Shown here: in pieces, positions 1 through 6,444 of the stretch
How positions within the stretch are numbered: the stretch's first letter is position 1
Layout of the letters: the number at the start of each line of letters is the position of its first letter
Virus record (IMG/VR): IMGVR_UViG_3300027816_000055
From: a virus
Direction: 5' to 3' (one strand)
DNA length: 64,000 nt
Position numbers and translations under genes: made by a program
Notes under the pieces: model-generated
What the model saw: the letters and a program-made list of their open reading frames with translations, nothing else
Told to the model about the DNA's origin: nothing
Database searches by the model: none

Positions 1-102
1 ACAATTGAAAATGGTAAATATGTATTTACCAGTAAGTTTTTATTAAAAAGAGGCTATTGTTGTCATTTTGGATGTCGCAATTGCCCATACACAAAAAAAT
101 AT

Positions 103-336
103 ATGGAAAAAATATTATACATGAAAGGCGATTTGCCACATAGAACAGTTATTCAACATGATGATTTAAAATATGATGGAAAGAATTTAATTATTCCCGG
201 ATATTGGGCGAGTTCAATTGCTGAATATATAAAAAATGTAAATGAAAATAAGATTGCTGAAGACGACAAGGAAGACTTGGAAACCTTCAAGAGTTTTATT
301 TTTGATGTCGAATATAGTAAGAACGAAGGAAATTAA
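103..336 (+). CDS. hypothetical protein
   Basis: ATG-started 77-aa ORF in a tightly packed + strand run; no recognisable motif. Confidence 0.7.
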   Translation: MEKILYMKGDLPHRTVIQHDDLKYDGKNLIIPGYWASSIAEYIKNVNENKIAEDDKEDLETFKSFIFDVEYSKNEGN

Positions 337-338
337 TT

Positions 339-557
339 ATGAATAATAGTAATTACGCCGCCGACCAAATTCTGGAATATTTGTTGAAAAACGGTTGGGT
401 ATCAACCAATTGTTATTCTTCACAGCGTGTGAAAGCAGATATTGAGCAGATCATAATTAATGCAGCATTATCAAATGTTAAAGTGTCCAACAATTTAGAT
501 GTTACTACATTTGATAGTGCCACTACTTATACGATTCCTGTATATAAATTTGACTGA
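339..557 (+). CDS. hypothetical protein
   Basis: 72-aa ORF starting 2 nt after the previous stop. Confidence 0.7.
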   Translation: MNNSNYAADQILEYLLKNGWVSTNCYSSQRVKADIEQIIINAALSNVKVSNNLDVTTFDSATTYTIPVYKFD

Positions 558-565
558 CAATCCTA

Positions 566-594
566 TTGACTTTTTATAATGTCCGTGTTAGATT
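566..594 (+). promoter_or_regulatory. sigma70-type early promoter, likely leaderless
   Basis: TTGACT(566-571)-N17-TAGATT(589-594); ATG at 601 is 6 nt downstream. Confidence 0.65.
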
Positions 595-600
595 GGGTGT

Positions 601-780
601 ATGAAAATTCAAATAGTAAAAGACAATGAACCGGTTTGCGAAAAAAATTCAATTTCATTGAAGATAAATCAAATCGTTGAAGGTAAACTGATCACAAGAG
701 GTCGGTTTACCTCTACTTTTGAGATTGACAATCAACTTGTATGTATTCGTAATTGGAATTGGAAATTAATCACGGTATAA
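601..780 (+). CDS. small hypothetical protein (59 aa, not in the ORF track)
   Basis: Read manually: MKIQIVKDNEPVCEKNSISL...NWNWKLITV*; follows a promoter and fills the gap. Confidence 0.65.
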   Translation: MKIQIVKDNEPVCEKNSISLKINQIVEGKLITRGRFTSTFEIDNQLVCIRNWNWKLITV

Positions 781-791
781 TAAATAAGTTT

Positions 792-995
792 ATGCACACT
801 AACGAAGAATTAGACAAACTTGCAGAAGAAGTATACGATTGGTGTTGCGCTCGACGCGAAGATAATTTGGATAAAAAGGGCAATCCCGGCGATCCACGCA
901 AAGTAAGTTCTCCGTATCCACTTGCTATGGATAATGTAAAAGCATTTTACAGAAATGTAGTAAAATGGCATTTGGAAAAACAAAATAATCCATAA
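792..995 (+). CDS. hypothetical protein
   Basis: Track ORF 753..995; ATG at 792 avoids overlap with 601..780. Confidence 0.65.
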   Translation: MHTNEELDKLAEEVYDWCCARREDNLDKKGNPGDPRKVSSPYPLAMDNVKAFYRNVVKWHLEKQNNP

Positions 996-999
996 CAGT

Positions 1000-1704
1000 A
1001 TGAAAAAAATAATTAATACAATTGCGGTCACTGGAGCCGACGATTCAACGTCAATACAAGACATGGTTAAATTGCAACAAAAATATCCATTTATTGAATT
1101 TGCAATTTTAATTAAATCTCCTACCGTATCGCGCTCCAGTTTTAGTAGATTTCCTTGCATTGAATGGCTAAATAAACTAGCCGAACAAAGTCATTTATTG
1201 AATCTATCAATGCATTTATGTTCGCGGCCTGTAAAAGATATTTTGGACCATGGGGTTTTACCAGATCATATTGCCAATATTAAATACAAGCGCATTCAAA
1301 TTAATACTCATGCAGAACCACATTCTTATTCAAGAATGAGTTTATATAAATGTTTTGAAGAAAATGCAAATACTACTTTTATATTTCAATTAGATGGTGT
1401 AAATGAACATATGTTCACGGATTCCATTGACGCGGGATATAAAAATATAGCTGGATTATATGATTTGAGTCATGGTGCAGGTATTCTGCCTGACAAATGG
1501 ATTGAAACTCCAAAAAATGGTATTTTATATGGTTATGCAGGCGGGTTGTCTCCAGAAAATGTTGCTTCCCAATTGTCTAAAATTGAAAAATTGACAGATA
1601 ATACATGGATTGATGCAGAAACTTATCTTCGAACAGATAGCAAATTTGACCTAAATAAAGTTGTTGCATTTGTTGAAGCATCAAAACCGTGGAATATATT
1701 ATGA
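1000..1704 (+). CDS. phosphoribosylanthranilate isomerase (TrpF)-like TIM-barrel protein
   Basis: C-terminal GYAGGLSPENV...WIDAET...KFDLNKV matches the TrpF phosphate-binding region; N-terminus lacks the KICG catalytic Cys. Confidence 0.55.
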   Translation: MKKIINTIAVTGADDSTSIQDMVKLQQKYPFIEFAILIKSPTVSRSSFSRFPCIEWLNKLAEQSHLLNLSMHLCSRPVKDILDHGVLPDHIANIKYKRIQINTHAEPHSYSRMSLYKCFEENANTTFIFQLDGVNEHMFTDSIDAGYKNIAGLYDLSHGAGILPDKWIETPKNGILYGYAGGLSPENVASQLSKIEKLTDNTWIDAETYLRTDSKFDLNKVVAFVEASKPWNIL

Positions 1705-1901
1705 ATGAAGAATTAGACTTAGCTTACATGTCAATTGAAACACTAAAAAATAGAATCAATGTTCTTGAAGAAGAATTACGCATTGTGAAAATTGAGAGAG
1801 ACCGGCTTAATGATCAATATCACAAAAATGCACTATCAGATTATCATTATCATGATAATGATGAAACAATCAGATATGGATTTAACGGGCCGGGGTATTA
1901 G
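1689..1901 (+). CDS. hypothetical coiled-coil protein (start 1689 or 1701)
   Basis: 70-aa ORF with heptad-like LKNRINVLEEELRIVKIERDRL. Confidence 0.6.
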   Translation: MEYIMNEELDLAYMSIETLKNRINVLEEELRIVKIERDRLNDQYHKNALSDYHYHDNDETIRYGFNGPGY

Positions 1902-1919
1902 ACACATGTACCTATCATT

Positions 1920-2039
1920 ATGAAAAATAATAAAAAAACAAAAAAATGCAATATTTGCAACGGAAATAAATATTACGTCACTTATGACGGATATTACAAT
2001 CCATGTGGACGATGCAATCCTAACGGTAAAATTCATTAA
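1920..2039 (+). CDS. 39-aa Zn-finger microprotein (not in the ORF track)
   Basis: MKNNKKTKKCNICNGNKYYVTYDGYYNPCGRCNPNGKIH*: two CxxC pairs; fills the gap up to the next ATG at 2041. Confidence 0.6.
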   Translation: MKNNKKTKKCNICNGNKYYVTYDGYYNPCGRCNPNGKIH

Positions 2040-2040
2040 T

Positions 2041-2307
2041 ATGAATGCTAAAGAAGCACAAATGCTTGCGGATGTTGTGTATAATAAACGACATCAATCG
2101 GAAATTAATGAAATATATAAAAAAATTCGCGCAGCCGCTGAAAATGGAGATTATATATTAATTTTAAAATATGATCACATTGTACATTATCGGATCATTC
2201 CAGTTTTAGAAAAACAGGGATATAAAGTAAAACATGATACCCGAACACATTGCTGTTCTGAAGGAAGATGGAGAATAGAAGAATTAGTTATTTCTTGGAA
2301 TGAATAA
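2041..2307 (+). CDS. hypothetical protein
   Basis: Track ORF 1984..2307; ATG 2041 follows the 1920..2039 stop. Confidence 0.65.
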   Translation: MNAKEAQMLADVVYNKRHQSEINEIYKKIRAAAENGDYILILKYDHIVHYRIIPVLEKQGYKVKHDTRTHCCSEGRWRIEELVISWNE

Positions 2308-2328
2308 TATAATAACATCCGTATAAGT

Positions 2329-2619
2329 ATGCACGATTTATCCAACAATATGTTGCTCATGATTGAGCCACAATCTCGTATCAAAGAACCTGCTGTAAAT
2401 GATGCATATACAGCAAAAATGGAAATGCTCATGAAAAAAGCAAAACATGGTTCACCATGCAAAGGATTTCATCAGTGTGCGTGTGGTGAATGTAGCACAA
2501 ATTACGATTTGAAAATTGGAAAATACACTACAAATTCACTTGCCGCTCATTATTTACGCTATCATCGTAGCGAAGTTCCTGCTTCCGAAATCGAAAAGTT
2601 AAGAAAATTATTTCTATAA
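2329..2619 (+). CDS. hypothetical Cys/His-rich protein
   Basis: CKGFHQCACGEC and HYLRYH suggest metal binding. Confidence 0.7.
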   Translation: MHDLSNNMLLMIEPQSRIKEPAVNDAYTAKMEMLMKKAKHGSPCKGFHQCACGECSTNYDLKIGKYTTNSLAAHYLRYHRSEVPASEIEKLRKLFL

Positions 2620-2625
2620 AAAGAG

Positions 2626-2653
2626 TTGACTTTGTGAAGTAACATGCTATCAT
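2626..2653 (+). promoter_or_regulatory. sigma70-type extended -10 promoter, likely leaderless
   Basis: TTGACT(2626-2631)-N16-TATCAT(2648-2653), TG at 2645-2646; ATG at 2660 is 6 nt downstream. Confidence 0.7.
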
Positions 2654-2659
2654 AAATGT

Positions 2660-3439
2660 ATGAAACTTAAATTCATAGGCGTCGGCGGTGCGTTTGCGCC
2701 AATTTCAATCGGCAATTCAAATATACTTCTTTCCCATAACGGAAAGAATATGCTAATTGATTGTGGAGTGACTGCACCATTTATTCTTCGTGATGAATGG
2801 AACATTCAACATTCGGATATTGATAGTATTTGGGTGAGTCATCTCCATTCCGATCATATTGGTGGATTGGAGCATTATGCATTTTTGCGTTATTTTTCTC
2901 CGGTTCGTGACCAGCAAGGAAATGTAATCAAACCGAAACTTTACACGATTCGACATCTAATGCAAGAATTGTGGGATAATTCTCTCAAAGGCGGATTGGA
3001 GTCTGTTGAAGGTAAAATTACCACACTCACTGATTTTTTTGATTGCAAACCAATTGAGCCAAACGATAATTTTGTGTGGCAAGGCTATAATTTTCAGCCG
3101 GTCCAGACAATTCATGTAATGGCTGGATATATTTTTAGATACAGTTATGGGTTGTTGATAACAAATCCAGAAACAAAGAAGAAAACGTTTATAACCACGG
3201 ATACACAATTTAGTCCGTATCAACTTCATAAGTTTTATGAAATGTCTGATATCATTTTCCATGACACAGAGACTCTTCCATTTAAATCTCATGTTCATGC
3301 TCATTATGAAGATTTGAAAACGCTGGATGCACCAACACGGGCCAAGATTTGGATGTACCATTATGCAAAGCCAATCGAATCATGGGAAGCAGATGGATTC
3401 GCAGGATTTGTAAAAAAGGGTCAAGAATTTGACATATAA
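2660..3439 (+). CDS. MBL-fold metallo-hydrolase, Apyc1-like (candidate anti-Pycsar cyclic nucleotide phosphodiesterase)
   Basis: FIGVGGAF, LIDCG, SHLHSDHIGGLE, LWDNSLKGGL, IFHD, VHA, KIWMYHY; the MBL fold is clear, the Apyc1 subfamily is from recalled similarity. Confidence 0.8.
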   Translation: MKLKFIGVGGAFAPISIGNSNILLSHNGKNMLIDCGVTAPFILRDEWNIQHSDIDSIWVSHLHSDHIGGLEHYAFLRYFSPVRDQQGNVIKPKLYTIRHLMQELWDNSLKGGLESVEGKITTLTDFFDCKPIEPNDNFVWQGYNFQPVQTIHVMAGYIFRYSYGLLITNPETKKKTFITTDTQFSPYQLHKFYEMSDIIFHDTETLPFKSHVHAHYEDLKTLDAPTRAKIWMYHYAKPIESWEADGFAGFVKKGQEFDI

Positions 3440-3509
3440 TACTTTTAGAGAATAAAAGTGGATTACAACAATCGCTCGATTTTTTATAAAACTACATTAT
3501 ACTAAATAT

Positions 3510-3812
3510 ATGAAGATTGACTATTACATAATTGGGCACACGGGAGCAATCCACAAACACTATATTGATACCGAAAGCGAGAATTATTTTTCTCACACAG
3601 ATCATGAAGTAACTATCATATATAAAGAATTAGATGAAGATTATTACTTCATTACAGAGAAAGTAACATATCCTCGTATTTTTGAAACTGCACAATTGGA
3701 GCGAATCGCCACATATAAAGAACGAATTGAAAGTCTTCAGAAAGATTTAGCAGTATTTGAAAACAGTAAGGATTATGATCACTACTGGGAGTTGGTAGAA
3801 AAAAATCGCTGA
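3510..3812 (+). CDS. hypothetical protein
   Basis: 100-aa ORF; TATACT (3498-3503) lies 6 nt before the ATG. Confidence 0.7.
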   Translation: MKIDYYIIGHTGAIHKHYIDTESENYFSHTDHEVTIIYKELDEDYYFITEKVTYPRIFETAQLERIATYKERIESLQKDLAVFENSKDYDHYWELVEKNR

Positions 3813-3826
3813 CTTTCTATAAAACC

Positions 3827-4018
3827 ATGAAATGGACGAAGAAACTTCCCAATAAACGGGGATATTATTGGTATAAAGATGAAACAATGGAAGAACCTGT
3901 TGTTTTATATGTAAAAGAACATAATGGTGGTTGGTTTGCTCAAGATGAAGAATATTGTTTTGTTGTCGAAAAAGACCGATCAAATTGGTGCTACATATCA
4001 GAACCAGCCACCCATTGA
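3827..4018 (+). CDS. small Trp/Tyr-rich hypothetical protein
   Basis: WTKKLPNKRGYYWY...WCYISEP, a pattern typical of small phage accessory proteins. Confidence 0.7.
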   Translation: MKWTKKLPNKRGYYWYKDETMEEPVVLYVKEHNGGWFAQDEEYCFVVEKDRSNWCYISEPATH

Positions 4019-4039
4019 CTTTCTGTAAAATAAAAATAT

Positions 4040-4264
4040 ATGAAGATATATTTTGAATCCGAAAACGATAAAATAAAATTTAATAATTGGTTACGAGAAA
4101 TTCAGCATTGTGCATCGTATATTGATGTTGCATTGCATGATCCTGTTCTTTTTGAAGGTCAAGAAGAAACCATACGGAGCAATGCCAGAACTTTAGGATG
4201 TCGAATATATGATGTTGCCGAATCAATGTATGAAGTAATTCCCCAAGACAAACTTTCTCGTTGA
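4040..4264 (+). CDS. hypothetical protein
   Basis: 74-aa ATG ORF in the run. Confidence 0.7.
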   Translation: MKIYFESENDKIKFNNWLREIQHCASYIDVALHDPVLFEGQEETIRSNARTLGCRIYDVAESMYEVIPQDKLSR

Positions 4265-4288
4265 CTTTCTATAAAAACCTGATATCTT
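4261..4288 (+). promoter_or_regulatory. sigma70-type extended -10 promoter, likely leaderless
   Basis: TTGACT(4261-4266)-N16-TATCTT(4283-4288), TG at 4280-4281; ATG at 4295 is 6 nt downstream. Confidence 0.7.
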
Positions 4289-4294
4289 GATTGT

Positions 4295-4324
4295 ATGAAG
4301 ATTGACCTATCAAAATTAGTTTAA
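4295..4324 (+). pseudogene. stranded 5' remnant of the RNA ligase gene (MKIDLSKLV*)
   Basis: Matches the N-terminus MKIDLNNID of 4923..6023; separated from it by the HNH gene. Confidence 0.55.
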
Positions 4325-4369
4325 TGTTTGATGATTCCACTTGCTACTTATTTAAAAGGAAGCAATTGG

Positions 4370-4942
4370 ATGAAAAATATAATAAATCAAAAGTTTGGTA
4401 AATTATTAGTTTTAGAATTTCATAGTAAATCATTAGCAAAAAGACCACAAAATAAATGGAAATGTATATGTGATTGTGGAAAGGTAAAAATAGTACAAGA
4501 GAATCATTTAGTTCGGGGCACTACGAAATCATGTGGATGTTTGCATAAAAGAACTGGAAAAGATTCTCCATTCTTCAAAGGCTATGAAGACATTTCATTA
4601 GATTTTTTTAATCACATAAAAGCAGCATGTGAAAAACCACAAAAATATAGAAAATCCCGTGAGTTTAAATTAACGATAGAGTATTTGTGGAATTTATATA
4701 TAAAACAAAATAAAAAATGTGCAATATCTGGTGTAGAAATCTTGTTTACTGAACGAGAAGGAAGTAGAGGACGAAGATGTTCAGCATCTCTTGATAGAAT
4801 TGATTCATCAATCGGATATGTTGAAGGTAATGTTCAATGGGTACATAAAATCGTCAACATAATGAAAAATAAAACAGATATGAAAGAATTCATATCTTGG
4901 TGTAATAAAATTACAAAACATAATGAAAATAGACCTCAATAA
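4370..4942 (+). mobile_element. free-standing HNH-type homing endonuclease-like gene
   Basis: N-terminal KFGKLLVLE...WKCICDCG...TKSCGC; C-terminal CAISG...SLDRIDSSIGYVEGNVQWVHKIVNIMK; ATG 4370 preferred over 4328/4331. Confidence 0.75.
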
Positions 4943-6023
4943 TATTGACACTGAAAATTTCATGTCGCATGACCATTTCATCAATGGAGAAGTTGTCACG
5001 CTAATTCAGCCAAAAAACATAGGAGTTAAATGGCGGCAGGATAATAAGCATTTGCGTTCTTCCGTATGGAACTATGAAGGTGAGCTTATCAGCGCAGGAT
5101 TTCCTAAATTCACTAATTTTGGTGAAAATCCCGAACATTTTCCTGTTCCACAGTCATTGAAGAATTGCACTGTTGTTGAAAAATTGGATGGTTCATTGCT
5201 TATTGTCAGCAAGTATAAGGGTCAACTTATTCTACGTACCCGTGGAACTGTTGACGCATTTACGATGGACAATGGACATGAACTCGAAATTTTCAAGACC
5301 ATATTTTCTAAATATGAAAAGTTATGGAATAGTCACGATGATACTTGGGATTTTAGTCTATTATTTGAATGGGTGTCGCCAATAAATAAAATCGTACTTT
5401 CATACGGTGATTCTCCAGATTGGTATTTGGTCGGGATTGTTAATCACGATAATTATAGACTTGAGTCGCAAGATTTTTTGGATGAATTCGCCAAAGTAAT
5501 CAATGTAAAGCGTCCGGCAACCTATACTTTTTCTGATGTCAATGATCTATTAGAGAATGTTGAACAGTGGAAAGGTAAGGAAGGTGTAGTTATTTACAGC
5601 CAAGACGGTCAAATGCTTCATAAAGTGAAGGGTGCATGGTATTTGGCACTTCATCATATGAAATCTGAACTTTCTTCAACAGAGAAAGTTATGGACGTAT
5701 GGTTAGAACAAAAAATGCCGGATTATAATAGCTTCTATAATTATATATCCACCACTTTTGATTTTGAGTTGGCAGAGCAAATTCGTGGAACAATTAGCAA
5801 TCTTTGTGATGGACGCAAGGAAGTCGATAAGATTATTGATCATATGCGCGGCTTCATAAATAGCAAAGTTCGTCACCTTACCTCACGTAAGGAACAGGCA
5901 TTGACTATTTTGAATTCGTATGGCGAAACCAATCGAAGCGGTTATCTATTCAAGATTTTGGATAACAAACCTCTTGAAAAAGATGATTATAAGAAACTGA
6001 TGTTTCAAGTTTTAAAGAAGTAA
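4923..6023 (+). CDS. rnlA: RNA ligase 1 family (T4 RnlA-like)
   Basis: FPKFTNFGE, motif I EKLDGSL, LLFEW, EGVV, HKVKG. Confidence 0.8.
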   Translation: MKIDLNNIDTENFMSHDHFINGEVVTLIQPKNIGVKWRQDNKHLRSSVWNYEGELISAGFPKFTNFGENPEHFPVPQSLKNCTVVEKLDGSLLIVSKYKGQLILRTRGTVDAFTMDNGHELEIFKTIFSKYEKLWNSHDDTWDFSLLFEWVSPINKIVLSYGDSPDWYLVGIVNHDNYRLESQDFLDEFAKVINVKRPATYTFSDVNDLLENVEQWKGKEGVVIYSQDGQMLHKVKGAWYLALHHMKSELSSTEKVMDVWLEQKMPDYNSFYNYISTTFDFELAEQIRGTISNLCDGRKEVDKIIDHMRGFINSKVRHLTSRKEQALTILNSYGETNRSGYLFKILDNKPLEKDDYKKLMFQVLKK

Positions 6024-6027
6024 ATAT

Positions 6028-6066
6028 AAACTCACCAAATATAATAATTTGGTGAGTTTTTTATTT
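6028..6066 (+). terminator. intrinsic terminator
   Basis: aaactcaccaaat / atttggtgagttt stem followed by a T run. Confidence 0.8.
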
Positions 6067-6082
6067 GTTATATATTTTTGTT

Positions 6083-6349
6083 ATGATAACTAAACACACG
6101 CTAATCAAAGGCACTCCTGAAGAAATTCAACAATATATTGTTTCTCAAATAGAATATAAGCACAATGATAGTTTTGATATAAAGGATCAACTTAATAAAA
6201 TTGGACTAGAAAAACAAGGTATGATTTTTTATCTTGAAAAAGTATCTGATATAATTAAACTCGTTTCTATATATGTTCACACTGTTGATGCGGTTGCGAG
6301 AGAGAAGGCACAACAAAAAATGATTGAATCATATAATAAATTATCATAA
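6083..6349 (+). CDS. hypothetical protein
   Basis: Track ORF 6065..6349; first ATG at 6083. Confidence 0.6.
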   Translation: MITKHTLIKGTPEEIQQYIVSQIEYKHNDSFDIKDQLNKIGLEKQGMIFYLEKVSDIIKLVSIYVHTVDAVAREKAQQKMIESYNKLS

Positions 6350-6382
6350 TGGTAATGCCCATTATTTTTTATACAAAACAAG

Positions 6383-6410
6383 TTGACTTCTGATGCACAT
6401 AGAGTAAGAT
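6383..6410 (+). promoter_or_regulatory. sigma70-type promoter upstream of rIIA
   Basis: TTGACT(6383-6388)-N16-TAAGAT(6405-6410). Confidence 0.6.
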
Positions 6411-6444
6411 ACGAACTCGATCCAAAATAATTGTATAAAAATTC

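Larger units (their letters stand above)
3809..4276 (+). repeat. three copies of a 16-nt (C/T)TGACTTTCT(A/G)TAAAA junction repeat
   Basis: Copies at 3809-3824, 4015-4030 and 4261-4276; each contains the TGA stop of the upstream gene. Confidence 0.85.

Noticed and set aside
4295-4942. Group I intron splitting the RNA ligase
   Set aside because: Only about 45 nt of non-HNH sequence is available, too little for a ribozyme core; the downstream ligase has its own complete start
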